Shown: positions 27,701 through 36,492 of the stretch, piece after piece
Layout: the number at the start of each line of letters is the position of its first letter
How positions within the stretch are numbered: the first letter of the stretch is position 1
Assembly: GCA_031411295.1 (NCBI GenBank)
Contig: JANOAV010000053.1
Location: forward strand, 1 to 60,582
Direction: 5' to 3'
Source of the DNA: Verrucomicrobiales bacterium
GTDB taxonomy: Bacteria > Verrucomicrobiota > Verrucomicrobiia > Verrucomicrobiales > V1-33
Length of the DNA stretch: 60,582 bases
The notes under the pieces: model-generated
Told to the model about the DNA's origin: nothing
Databases searched by the model: none
What the model saw: the letters and a program-made list of their open reading frames with translations, nothing else
Made by a program: the position numbers and the translations under genes

Positions 27701-28426
27701 TTTAGCGCAGATGAAGCGCAGGAGGAAGTCACGAATCTCACCATCCGTGCCCAGGCTGCCGATTCCGCCGCCGTCTTCACCACGGCCGCCAATGATCTGA
27801 GCGCCCGCCCGCTGACCTCCGCCGCAGTTGGGTGGGCACCGCTCCCGTGGGCTAACCTTGACGAACGCGGGCCATTCCAACAAACCCCGGACCTGAGAAC
27901 CATCGTTCAGGAAGTAATGAATCGCCCGGGTTGGAATCCGGGAAATTCTCTCGCCCTGCTCATCGACGGCACTGGCCATCGCACGGCGGATGCGGCTGAC
28001 AAACTGGGCGGCCTCCCACCCACGTTGCGCATTCGCTACTATCCGGAGTTACCCTTGGGCAGCTACGCCCGCTGGACCGCAGGATACCCCAACTTGGGAG
28101 CCGCCACCGCCGACCCGGATGCTGATGGCATGAATAATCTCTTGGAATGTTGCTTCGGTTTGAACCCCACGAAGCCAGATGCCATGACCACCCCGCTCAC
28201 GGCCGCAGGAAACACGCTCTCCCTAACCTACAACCGGGCCAGCAAAATTACCGACCTCGCTTGCACGGTCGAATGGTGCGCGGACCCGGCCACTGGTCCC
28301 TGGACCAGCACTGGTGTCACCGAACAAATCCTCTCCGACAACGGCACCCTGCAAACGAGACGCGCCACGATCCCAACGGGCCCGGGCCCGCACCGCTTCG
28401 TGCGGCTCAAAGTGACCCAAATGTAG
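24719..28426 (+). CDS. Secreted multidomain glycoside hydrolase (GH128-like catalytic domain, LamG, Ig-like and two tandem C-terminal repeat domains)
   Basis: Signal peptide; W.YNW, LLGYNEPD, AVHYY and PIWITEWN motifs; LamG WTHVAVT..LFVNG; duplicated SSA.DAE.S..G.V.LTSTDLEL..D...VGLRF domains. Confidence 0.85.
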   Translation: MRFPVPRSPDDCFLALWLGLLLCPLWAQAQTLTINDQVQNFASIASTTVTLTGRAELRITGTGDPLAGCVVHLNSPDSILLLTEILPSVVNSTFLGRLRVNGSPAVLDGNVRIVPYGHGAAVQPQGPSFTPLEIFAGRYFTGPSRFLNNYTAYDSASLGTYSSAIGSFKLKRGYMATFAQNAQGTTSRTFVAQDGDLEIGLLPSILQDDVKFVRVFPWRWTSKKGIAGSIPTMKPHWSYNWNLNENSSLDKEYVAIRQSRYWPGLDQDWSVRKINHLLGYNEPDNAIEANLSVSTALSAWPDLLATGLRVGTPAPTDGGRQWVYDFVSQADAAGQRVDFVAVHYYRSYWNAADPVGATTQFYNFLKEIHDQVKRPIWITEWNNGANWTTDPDPTAAQQDATVEKMIEMLDNTPFVERYALYNWVEDVRRVAWDDGWPTAAGVTYRDKVSPIGYRQELPEDDTDASARYSFDGHGQDLRGFGHNAMLVGAPVFTAGRFGQAISLDGTHDYVQLPMRLGDSTDFSFSGWIYWNGGGNWQRIFDFGAGTDAAMFLTPKSGGTTPALRFTINPGSGEQQLNHTAALPTGAWTHVAVTISGNTGKLFVNGALVNTNTSMTHNPISLGTKYNFLGKSQFAADPLFSGRLDEFRFSSSALTEAQVLAIYNNPPPQFSAQTIWKPNAMVGLAYADSLAGNVTGSSALTFSKMDGPAWLTVAGNGALTGTPAAADGGLNTTLVKVTDANGAMHTAMININVPLFTTTIDSSADDAEESAAGVVNLTSTDLELINDATEQTVGLRFRLPVPQGAVITSATIQFTTDEVTSAATTLNLGVQLADDAPAFAATNFNLSARPRSSTTVPWTPAAWNTLLEAGPSQRTPNLAGLVQSVVARPGWESGNAIVFLIKGSGQRTAEAFDKAGSTPPQLTVNYRSALPLAAIESSVASSANDAEQSAAGAVSLTSTDLELVNDGALGNQMVGLRFENIGVPRGATIASADLQFSADEAQEEVTNLTIRAQAADSAAVFTTAANDLSARPLTSAAVGWAPLPWANLDERGPFQQTPDLRTIVQEVMNRPGWNPGNSLALLIDGTGHRTADAADKLGGLPPTLRIRYYPELPLGSYARWTAGYPNLGAATADPDADGMNNLLECCFGLNPTKPDAMTTPLTAAGNTLSLTYNRASKITDLACTVEWCADPATGPWTSTGVTEQILSDNGTLQTRRATIPTGPGPHRFVRLKVTQM

Positions 28427-28529
28427 GGAAAAGTAACTTTTCTTGTCACAAAGCGGCAAATTTTCCGAATAGATAAGTGAAGGGCTGCATGGCCTGTGCT
28501 GGCCTCCACCTTTTACCCATTCAGAAATC

Positions 28530-29120
28530 ATGAACTCACTCTCGATCACCACTCCATGGAAATCTTGGCGGAAAAGCTTGCTGCAAACTGCTGACGCACC
28601 AGCCGATTGGCTGGATGAAGATGAGATCCATGACATCATCGCTGAAGCCAATCGCGAAGGCGTTTCCGCGCGCACCGTCATCACCTGCCGCAAAGCCGAG
28701 GAAGGACTTGCTGCTGCCGCAACCCCGCATTTGCCGATCGCTCCGCACCGGCCGAGGATTCTGGTGGTGGAGCCGGATCAGGAGTATGCCCAGCGCTTGC
28801 TGCAAGTGCTCTCGGCTTCGGATCGCTACGCGGTGGAAGTGGTGGCCGACGGGCGGAGCGCGCTCCAATGGTGTCGCCAGCAGCAGCCGGACCTATTGAT
28901 CACAGAGATGGAGCTTACCAACGGCATCAACGGCACCGGACTGGCGCATTACGTCAGGGAAATCACCCATCGTCGCATTCCGGTAATCGTGTTGGAAAAT
29001 GTCCTGGCCGGATCCGATGTTAGCATCGTCAGTTCCAAGAACGCGCTGCACCTCAGCAAGCCCGTCAAACTCAAGTCCCTGCTCCACTGCGTGGTGCATC
29101 TGCTGCGGGTGGTGGTGTGA
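28530..29120 (+). CDS. Response-regulator receiver-like protein with an N-terminal extension (phosphoacceptor D replaced by E)
   Basis: RILVVEPD...PDLLITEMEL...LSKPV. Confidence 0.8.
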   Translation: MNSLSITTPWKSWRKSLLQTADAPADWLDEDEIHDIIAEANREGVSARTVITCRKAEEGLAAAATPHLPIAPHRPRILVVEPDQEYAQRLLQVLSASDRYAVEVVADGRSALQWCRQQQPDLLITEMELTNGINGTGLAHYVREITHRRIPVIVLENVLAGSDVSIVSSKNALHLSKPVKLKSLLHCVVHLLRVVV

Positions 29121-29220
29121 GTGTGCGGTGGCCAGCGCGCGGTCTTGCCCTGATGAGCGCCGATTTTCCGAAGCAGCAAAATGCTTGCCCCAACCTGCCA
29201 CTGTGGTAGGAAGAAGCACG

Positions 29221-30699
29221 ATGCTGACGAGATTACATGTGAAGGGCTTTAAGAACCTGGTTGATACCGAGGTTCACTTCGGGCCGTTTACCTGTATTGC
29301 CGGTGCCAATGCCGTGGGGAAATCTAACTTGTTTGATGCCATTCGGTTCCTCTCGCTGCTGGCAAATGGAAAGCTGGATGAGGCGGGGCGAGCGATCCGC
29401 GCGGAGGGGGCCAAAAATGCTGATATCAAATCGCTCTTCACGCGCCACGCGGACGGTTCCCTGGGTGTGATGGAATTCGATTTGGACATGATTGTGCCGC
29501 CGGCGGCATCCGATGATCTTCGGCAGGCGGCCTCTGCCTCGATCACATTCCTGAATTACAAAATTCGACTGGGATATCGCAGTAATTCTGATGAAAGGCG
29601 GAGAAGCGGAGAATTGGAGTTAATTTCCGAGGACCTGAGCTATATCCGACCCTCGGCGGCAAAAAAGCAGCTAGGTTTCCCTTGTTCAGAGGATTGGCTT
29701 AAGTCAGCGATCCACGGAATAAAAACCAGCAAACTAATTTCCACGCAAGGAGCCGACGAGGAAAAGATTGTCACCCTGCACATGGATGTGCTTCCCAAGA
29801 CACGGGCCAGCAATCACAAGCGAGGGGTCGGTTACAAACGACTGGCAACTCAGTTGCCTCGCACCGTGCTCTCTGCAGCGGATGCAGATAGTCCTACCGT
29901 TCTGTGTGCGCGTGCTGAAATGCGAGGATGGGAAATGGTGCAACTTGAGCCATCGGCCATGCGCGAAAGTGATTCATTGCACCAGGCTCCCGGTATCAGC
30001 CCGGCAGGGGCACACATGGCGGCCACGCTCTTCGATTTGGGACGAGCAGGAGTGGATCCTGATCCTGATGCAGCTTACCAACGGGTTGGCAATAAATTGG
30101 CTGAACTCATTGGTGATGTTGGATCAGTTAGGGTGGAGATGGATGAAAAACGCGAATTATTGACCATCTGTTTGCTGGATCGCTATGGCGCTGAGACGTC
30201 CGCCCGTTCGCTTTCTGATGGCACGCTGAGCTTTATTGCCTTGGTGCTCAAGCAGATGGAAACACAGCCGCAGCGGCTCATCTGCATGGAGGAACCGGAG
30301 AATGGCATTCATCCCAAACGGATTGCCGTGATCTTGAATTTATTGCGAGATACTGCGGTGGACACCACCTGCCCGGTGGATGAGTCCAATCCACTGCGAC
30401 AGGTCATTATCAATTCCCACTCCCCAGCGGTGGTTCAGCAGGTCCCCGATGACAGCTTATTGGTGGCAGAATTACTGCCATGGCGCGATGCCACTGGGGC
30501 TCGCTCGACCCGGTTTACGGTATCCGCCTTGAGCAACACTTGGCGGACCAAACAGTTTCCGGAGTATCGGGTGACCACCAAAGGTTCCTTCCTGGCCTAT
30601 CTCATGCCCGCTGGAGTGGCGGAGACCGAGCCTGGCGAACGAAAGGTCACCCGTGTCATTGATCGGCCTGAATTTGGGCAACTGCTGTTAAAATTGTGA
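29221..30699 (+). CDS. ABC/AAA_21-family ATPase (probable defence sensor)
   Basis: MLTRLHVKGFKNL, Walker A GANAVGKSN, signature LSDGT, Walker B MEEPENGIHP and H-loop NSHSP. Confidence 0.9.
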   Translation: MLTRLHVKGFKNLVDTEVHFGPFTCIAGANAVGKSNLFDAIRFLSLLANGKLDEAGRAIRAEGAKNADIKSLFTRHADGSLGVMEFDLDMIVPPAASDDLRQAASASITFLNYKIRLGYRSNSDERRRSGELELISEDLSYIRPSAAKKQLGFPCSEDWLKSAIHGIKTSKLISTQGADEEKIVTLHMDVLPKTRASNHKRGVGYKRLATQLPRTVLSAADADSPTVLCARAEMRGWEMVQLEPSAMRESDSLHQAPGISPAGAHMAATLFDLGRAGVDPDPDAAYQRVGNKLAELIGDVGSVRVEMDEKRELLTICLLDRYGAETSARSLSDGTLSFIALVLKQMETQPQRLICMEEPENGIHPKRIAVILNLLRDTAVDTTCPVDESNPLRQVIINSHSPAVVQQVPDDSLLVAELLPWRDATGARSTRFTVSALSNTWRTKQFPEYRVTTKGSFLAYLMPAGVAETEPGERKVTRVIDRPEFGQLLLKL

Positions 30700-31349
30700 A
30701 CGCGCAAGACTATCGTAAAATGACGCTGGTAGCAGATGGACCGAGTGATAAGGCGCTCCTGCCGATCCTGCAGTGGCTCTGGGAACAACACTTTCCAGAA
30801 GAGTTAGCGGAATTCCAATTTGCCGATCTGAGCCCGTTTTCGACCAAGCTGGCGAGCAACAAGTTGAAAGACAAACTACCTCTGGCGTTAGACCTCTACC
30901 CCTGTGAAATTTTGTTTGTCCATCGGGATGCAGAAAAGGAGCCCCCAGCGCAGCGCTACACAGAAATCACCGAAGCCATCGCTGGACTGCCCGTTGAAAT
31001 TGAGCGCCCCAAACATCTCTGCGTGGTGCCGGTCAAGATGTCGGAGGCCTGGATGCTTTCTTCTGAAATAGCGATCCGGAAAGCTGCCGAGAATCCGAAT
31101 GGCAAAGTGACCTTGGCGATGCCGCCACCATCCAAGGTTGAGCACCTGCCAGACCAAAAAGAAACGTTGTATCAGTTGCTCACTGTGGCCAAGTCACTCC
31201 CGCCGCAGCGCAGAAGAAACTTTAGTCCGGCCAAGGCGGCTCTGTTGGTAACTGGGCACACTCTGGAGTTTTCAGGGTTGCGGAAATTGCCTTCGTTTCA
31301 GCGGTTAGAAAAGGATGTGCAAGCTTTGCGGCAAGTGCTTGCGATTTAA
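30696..31349 (+). CDS. DUF4276/TOPRIM-like protein, partner of the upstream ATPase
   Basis: LVADGPSD, FVHRDAE and PV.M.EAW motifs; overlaps the ATPase stop codon (GTGA). Confidence 0.7.
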   Translation: MNAQDYRKMTLVADGPSDKALLPILQWLWEQHFPEELAEFQFADLSPFSTKLASNKLKDKLPLALDLYPCEILFVHRDAEKEPPAQRYTEITEAIAGLPVEIERPKHLCVVPVKMSEAWMLSSEIAIRKAAENPNGKVTLAMPPPSKVEHLPDQKETLYQLLTVAKSLPPQRRRNFSPAKAALLVTGHTLEFSGLRKLPSFQRLEKDVQALRQVLAI

Positions 31350-31392
31350 GGCGTTTTCCATTCAGGGTTTTGCTAGGCTCCCTCTCGACAGC

Positions 31393-32883
31393 CTACTCCT
31401 GCAGCACCACTTGCACCGCATCCCGCCAGCCTGCGCGGTAAACATGCAGCAGCGAGAGGCCGTTCTCGGCCTTCTCGAAGGCGGCTTCGGCTTGTTGTGG
31501 GTTGCGGATCACATAGCGATTGATCCGCACTAGCAGATCCCCGGGACGAAGCCCCTTGCGGGCGGCTGGGCTGCCGGGGGCCACTTCGCCAACCAGCACG
31601 CCCTGAGTGCCGCGCGCGACTCCCAGTTGCGCGCGGAATTCGTCCGTCAGATCGACCAGCGTCAGCCCGTAGGGTCCCACGGAGGACGTCATGGGTTCTT
31701 CCGCTGGGTTCTCCTGGCGAGCTTGAGTGCGATCTCCCAGCACCACTTTAATGACTTTGTTGGCTCCCCCGCGCCAGATTCCCAAACTCACTTCCCGACC
31801 TGCTGGCAAGGCGGCAACTTCATCGTTGAGTTGGCTGGGCTCCTGGATTTTCCGACCTTGGAGTTCCAGGATGACATCATCCACTTGCAGGCCGGCTTGT
31901 TCCGCAGGCGATTTCGGCTTCACTTCGGATACCAGCACGCCGCCGGGTTGCGTTAGCTTGAGGTATTGGGCCATTTCCGCGCTGAGCGAGGTTGGCACCG
32001 CGCCCAGATAACCACTCTGGCCCTCGACTTTGGGGCTCACTAGCTTGGACGCAATCTGCACCACGCGGTTGCTGGGAATGGCGAAGCCAATGCCGGCACT
32101 GCTGCCGGTGTTGGAATAAATGGCGGTGTTGATGCCGATGACACGACCATCTGCATCGATCAGCGGGCCACCGGAATTTCCTGGGTTGATGGCGGCATCG
32201 GTCTGGATGTAGTTTGCCTGTTGATTGTTACCCACCTCCCGCCTCCCCAGCGCACTCACGATGCCCATACTAACTGATTGATCGTAACCAAAGGGTGCCC
32301 CCACCGCAAAGACAATATCCCCCCGCCGCACTTGGCTGGAATCAGCCAGGGTGGCGGTCGGCAGGCCGTCAGCTTTGACCTTGATGACCGCCACATCATT
32401 GTCCGGGTCGGAGTCGATGACTTTGGCATCCAGTTGCTCTTCCCGCCCGGGGATGGAAACTTTGATTTCGGTGGCCCCCTGAATCACGTGATGATTCGTC
32501 AAAATGTATCCATCCCGCGTCACAATCACCCCGGAACCAAGCCCTAGGGGTTCCTTGCGCCGCTCAATGCGGCCCGGTTCATCCATGATGCCGAAGAATC
32601 TGCGCAGGAAGGGATCGTCCGTATACATGGAGCGACGCTGCCGCACCACCTCCTGGGACGTGGAAATTTTCACCACAGCGGGTTCGATGCGGTCGATCAC
32701 ATCGGCATAGCTTTTCAACGTGGCGGACTCCCGTTTCATCGGGGTGTTATCCACCGAGAGAATTTCCCGAAACCCGCTCTTGGTAATGCTGTTGGCCATC
32801 TTCTGGGCTTGGCAGAAATAGACCGTGACCCCCAGGATCATGGAGGCGATGAGGAATTTGGGAAGGTGGCGTGAGAGGGACAT
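31393..32883 (-). CDS. HtrA/DegP-family periplasmic serine protease with two PDZ domains
   Basis: GSGVI, TNHHV, DVA and QTDAAINPGNSGGPL motifs; two PDZ domains. Confidence 0.96.
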   Translation of the reverse strand: MSLSRHLPKFLIASMILGVTVYFCQAQKMANSITKSGFREILSVDNTPMKRESATLKSYADVIDRIEPAVVKISTSQEVVRQRRSMYTDDPFLRRFFGIMDEPGRIERRKEPLGLGSGVIVTRDGYILTNHHVIQGATEIKVSIPGREEQLDAKVIDSDPDNDVAVIKVKADGLPTATLADSSQVRRGDIVFAVGAPFGYDQSVSMGIVSALGRREVGNNQQANYIQTDAAINPGNSGGPLIDADGRVIGINTAIYSNTGSSAGIGFAIPSNRVVQIASKLVSPKVEGQSGYLGAVPTSLSAEMAQYLKLTQPGGVLVSEVKPKSPAEQAGLQVDDVILELQGRKIQEPSQLNDEVAALPAGREVSLGIWRGGANKVIKVVLGDRTQARQENPAEEPMTSSVGPYGLTLVDLTDEFRAQLGVARGTQGVLVGEVAPGSPAARKGLRPGDLLVRINRYVIRNPQQAEAAFEKAENGLSLLHVYRAGWRDAVQVVLQE

Positions 32884-32957
32884 ATTCAGTTTAGGGATTA
32901 ACCAAGATAATGATCAGACACAATTTTCCAGCGTCAGTTCGGGAATTTTTTGCTTAG

Positions 32958-33542
32958 TTAGGATGAAATTTTACCCAACCTGAGTGCGCCTGATTCCAGA
33001 AGATACTTTAGCTTCAGCAAACTCGCAACGGACAGCGCATCCCGAATTTCTCCGCGCAGAGCCATTGCGAAGGCCTCGTTGAGCGGCAGTCGATGCACCG
33101 TCAGGTCCTCGGTTTCCTCCGGTTCCGCGTCGGTCAGGGTCAGGCCGGTGGCCACGAAGGTGTGGGAAATTTCATCGGTCACGCTGTTGGAAAGCTGCAT
33201 TTCCAGAATGGGCGTCAGCGTGGTGGCCAGCAGTCCCGCCTCCTCCCGCAGCTCCCGATGCGCACAAGCCTCGGGCGCTTCATCCAGTTCCGCCCCGCCC
33301 TCCGGCACCTCCCATTCATAACGGTTATGGGCGTAACGATATTGCCCCACCAGCCACGTGTAGCCTTCCTCGTCCACCGGAATGATGGCCACTGCCACCC
33401 GCTTGAAATGCACCACGGTGTAAAGTCCGGGATTCCCGCTGGGACGGGTGACTTCGTTGCGGACGAGTTTCACATAAGGGTTTTCAAACACCACAGCGCT
33501 GTGATGCGTGATCCAGGGATTCGGGGCGGTGGGAAGAGGCAT
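32958..33542 (-). CDS. NUDIX hydrolase (ADP-ribose pyrophosphatase-like)
   Basis: Nudix box GGAELDEAPEACAHRELREEAGL. Confidence 0.93.
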   Translation of the reverse strand: MPLPTAPNPWITHHSAVVFENPYVKLVRNEVTRPSGNPGLYTVVHFKRVAVAIIPVDEEGYTWLVGQYRYAHNRYEWEVPEGGAELDEAPEACAHRELREEAGLLATTLTPILEMQLSNSVTDEISHTFVATGLTLTDAEPEETEDLTVHRLPLNEAFAMALRGEIRDALSVASLLKLKYLLESGALRLGKISS

Positions 33543-33666
33543 GGGAAATGGTTGCGGCGGATTCGGTCATCCGACAACTGGGAATGTCGGACGGGAATTC
33601 CCTGGCTCAAACGCGGCTGCCCATTGCCCCATTGCAGAATCAAATTTCCCGTTCATGGATACGCTC

Positions 33667-35070
33667 ATGTCTTTCATTCACGACGATTTCCTCCTTCAGT
33701 CCCCGCTCGCTCGTCGCCTTTATCATGAGGTGGCCGCTCCGCAGCCGATTATCGATTACCACTGCCACACCTCTCCGCAAGAAGTCGCGCAGGATCGTCG
33801 CTTTGCCAACTTGTTTGAAATTTGGTTGGAAGGCGATCACTACAAATGGCGCGCCATGCGCAGCAACGGAGCGCCCGAGCGCGTCGTGACAGGCGATGCC
33901 ACGCCTTGGGAGAAATTTGCCGCCTTTGCGGAAACGGTCCCGCACACGCTGCGGAACCCGCTCTTCCACTGGAGCCACTTGGAATTGAAACGTTACTTCG
34001 GAATCGACGAATTGCTCACGCCCGCCTCCGCCAAGCGCATTTGGGACACCGCCAATGAGCGCCTGCAGCAGCCGGATCGCAGTGCGCAGGGGATCCTGAA
34101 GGATTTCCAAGTGCAGGTCGTGTGCACCACCGACGACCCAGCTGATTCGCTGGAGCATCATCAGGCGTTTAAGCGGTCCGGTCATCCCACAAAATTGCTT
34201 CCGGCGTTCCGGCCTGATGCCCTGCTGAAGATCGAGCAGACGGAGTTTTTCAATAAATATGTCGATCGATTGGGGGTAGCTGCGGACGTATCCATCGGCA
34301 GTTATGCTGATCTCAAAAACGCGTTGGAAAAACGCCACCAATATTTCCACGACAACGGTTGTCGCCTGTCAGACCACGGCTTGGATCACGCCTGGAGCCA
34401 ATACGGCACCGAGGCCGAGGTTACGGCCATCTTTAACAAAGCGCGCAGTGGCGGAGAAATTTCGCCTGCGGAAAAGGCGGTCTTTGCCTCCGCCATCATG
34501 CTGCTAAGCGGTCAGTTGGATGCCCAGAAGGGTTGGACGAAGCAGCTCCATCTCGGCGCGCTGCGCAGCAATAATTCGCGACTGCTGCGCCAAGTGGGCG
34601 CTGACATCGGCTGCGATTCCATTGGCGACTGGCCGCAAGCGCAGGCACTCTCCCGTTACTTGGATCGCTTGGATTCCGATGGGCTGCTGCCGAAGACCAT
34701 TTTGTATAACCTGAACCCGGCGGATAATTACGTGCTGGGCACGATGATTGGAAATTTCCAGGACGGCAGCGTGGCTGGTAAAATTCAGTTTGGCAGCGGG
34801 TGGTGGTTCCTGGATCAGAAGGAGGCCATGGAATGGCAAATCAACGCGTTGAGTAATCTGGGACTGTTGAGCCGCTTCGTGGGTATGCTGACGGATAGTC
34901 GGAGTTTCATGTCCTATCCGCGCCACGAATATTTCCGCCGTATCTTCTGTAATATGCTCGGCCGGGATGCTGCTGAGGGCTCGGTGCCAGATGATTTCGA
35001 AATGCTGAGCGGCTTGGTGAAACGGGTGTGTTATGACAACGCGCGCGAATTCTTCGGCTTCTTCGATTAA
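33667..35070 (+). CDS. uxaC: Glucuronate (uronate) isomerase
   Basis: PIIDYHCH, GDHYKWRAMR, NPLFHWSHLEL, GSGWWFLDQ and GMLTDSRSF.SYPRHEYFRR. Confidence 0.97.
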   Translation: MSFIHDDFLLQSPLARRLYHEVAAPQPIIDYHCHTSPQEVAQDRRFANLFEIWLEGDHYKWRAMRSNGAPERVVTGDATPWEKFAAFAETVPHTLRNPLFHWSHLELKRYFGIDELLTPASAKRIWDTANERLQQPDRSAQGILKDFQVQVVCTTDDPADSLEHHQAFKRSGHPTKLLPAFRPDALLKIEQTEFFNKYVDRLGVAADVSIGSYADLKNALEKRHQYFHDNGCRLSDHGLDHAWSQYGTEAEVTAIFNKARSGGEISPAEKAVFASAIMLLSGQLDAQKGWTKQLHLGALRSNNSRLLRQVGADIGCDSIGDWPQAQALSRYLDRLDSDGLLPKTILYNLNPADNYVLGTMIGNFQDGSVAGKIQFGSGWWFLDQKEAMEWQINALSNLGLLSRFVGMLTDSRSFMSYPRHEYFRRIFCNMLGRDAAEGSVPDDFEMLSGLVKRVCYDNAREFFGFFD

Positions 35071-35074
35071 GCTC

Positions 35075-35782
35075 ATGGTCCCCCCTTCCCATCCCCGCTA
35101 TGTCTCGCTGATGACGCGGGATAAAATTGTCGCTGGCGTCGAGGCTGGCGTTGCTTCGATCCACGGACTCATTGCCCATGGCCGAGGGGAAGCGTTTGAT
35201 TATCTGCTGGGAGAGCGCACCCATGACTTCGCCCACGCGGCCATTCGCGAGGCGGCTCGCGTGCTGGCGCAGGCGCAACATCCAGTCCTCAGCATCAACG
35301 GCAACGTAGCCGCCCTGGCTGCGGAGGAAATGGTGGCGCTGGCGCAGGCTTGTGGCGCGCTGTTGGAAGTCAATATTTTCCACACCTCCCCCGAACGCGA
35401 GCACGCCATCCAAAAGGCGCTGATGGCCGCGGGTGCCACCGAGGTGCTGCTGCCGAGCCGGACGCACGCTTTGGAGCACATCGATCACAACCGCCGCTGG
35501 GTGAATCCGGCGGGTATTGCCAAGGCGGATGTAGTCTTCGTGCCCTTGGAAGACGGGGATCGCTGTCAGGCCTTGGTCAAGAATGGTAAGACGGTCATCA
35601 CGGTTGATTTAAATCCGCTGTCCCGCACCGCCAAGGCCGCGCAAGTGACCATCGTCGATCACCTCCTGCGTTGTGTCCCCCTGGTCACGAAGGCGATCTT
35701 GGAAAAGGATTTCCCCACGGCCGCCTTCGATAACGCGCAAAATCTAACTGCCGCCGTAACCGCCATCCGCAGCGGTTCGTAA
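35075..35782 (+). CDS. Archaeal-type 4-phosphopantoate--beta-alanine ligase (phosphopantothenate synthetase)
   Basis: SHPRY.SL..R, GLIAHGRGEAFDYLLGE.T, SINGN.AAL, EVN.F, ADVV.VPLEDGDR and DLNPLSRT motifs. Confidence 0.9.
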   Translation: MVPPSHPRYVSLMTRDKIVAGVEAGVASIHGLIAHGRGEAFDYLLGERTHDFAHAAIREAARVLAQAQHPVLSINGNVAALAAEEMVALAQACGALLEVNIFHTSPEREHAIQKALMAAGATEVLLPSRTHALEHIDHNRRWVNPAGIAKADVVFVPLEDGDRCQALVKNGKTVITVDLNPLSRTAKAAQVTIVDHLLRCVPLVTKAILEKDFPTAAFDNAQNLTAAVTAIRSGS

Positions 35783-35785
35783 GGC

Positions 35786-35859
35786 GAGCGTGGAAGCAGT
35801 CCGCTGGACTGCTCTCCGAAAAAAAGGAACGAGCAGTCCGCTGGACTGCTCCCACGCTC
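35786..35859. repeat. REP-like doublet
   Basis: GAGCGTGG.AGCAGTCCGCTGGACTGCT ... AGCAGTCCGCTGGACTGCT.CCACGCTC. Confidence 0.75.
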
Positions 35860-35861
35860 GC

Positions 35862-35900
35862 AAAAAAAAACGCCTGCCCCGCAGCAAAGCGGGACAGGCG
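35862..35900 (-). terminator. Rho-independent terminator for the peroxiredoxin gene
   Basis: A9 followed by CGCCTGCCCCGC-agcaaa-GCGGGACAGGCG on the + strand (hairpin plus U-tract on the minus strand). Confidence 0.8.
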
Positions 35901-35913
35901 CGAAACCGAAAAT

Positions 35914-36405
35914 TTACTTCAGTTCAGCCAACTTGGCCTTGATGGCGTCGAAGTTCGGCAGCGTGCCGGGGCTGTCGTTGCTCTCGGCGTATTGCACGAT
36001 GCCGTCCTTATCCACCAAGAAGGCGGAGCGCTTGGGCACGCCGGCCTGGCCGAGATTTTTCTCAGGCAGGAACGCGTCGTAAGCAATGCCGTAGGCCTTG
36101 GTCACGCTGTGATCGTAATCGCTAACCAGCGGGATGGTGATGTTTTCCTTCTTGGCCCAAGCGTCTTGCGCGAAGGGGTTGTCGCCACTGATGCCGATGA
36201 CTTTGCAGCCGAGGCTGGTGTAGTCATTCATGCCGTTGGAAATGGCACAAAGTTCCTGGGTGCAGACGCCCGTGAAGGCCATGGGCACGAAGAGTAGCAG
36301 CACGTGGGTAGATCCCTTGTGCTCGGACAGGGTGAGATACTTCGGGCCTTCGGAGGTGAGGGTCGTGAGTTTGAAATCGGGAGCGGATGAGCCAACAGCA
36401 ATCAT
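35914..36405 (-). CDS. Peroxiredoxin (AhpC/TSA family, AhpE-like)
   Basis: APDF, P.AFTGVCT.ELC and RSAFLVD..GIV. Confidence 0.92.
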   Translation of the reverse strand: MIAVGSSAPDFKLTTLTSEGPKYLTLSEHKGSTHVLLLFVPMAFTGVCTQELCAISNGMNDYTSLGCKVIGISGDNPFAQDAWAKKENITIPLVSDYDHSVTKAYGIAYDAFLPEKNLGQAGVPKRSAFLVDKDGIVQYAESNDSPGTLPNFDAIKAKLAELK

Positions 36406-36492
36406 GATAGAATATGGGTTAGTTAATGGATGATAAGATGGGCGAGCAAATAGCGGCGGCCGGGCAAACTTTCAAGAGAATAAACATCTCCG

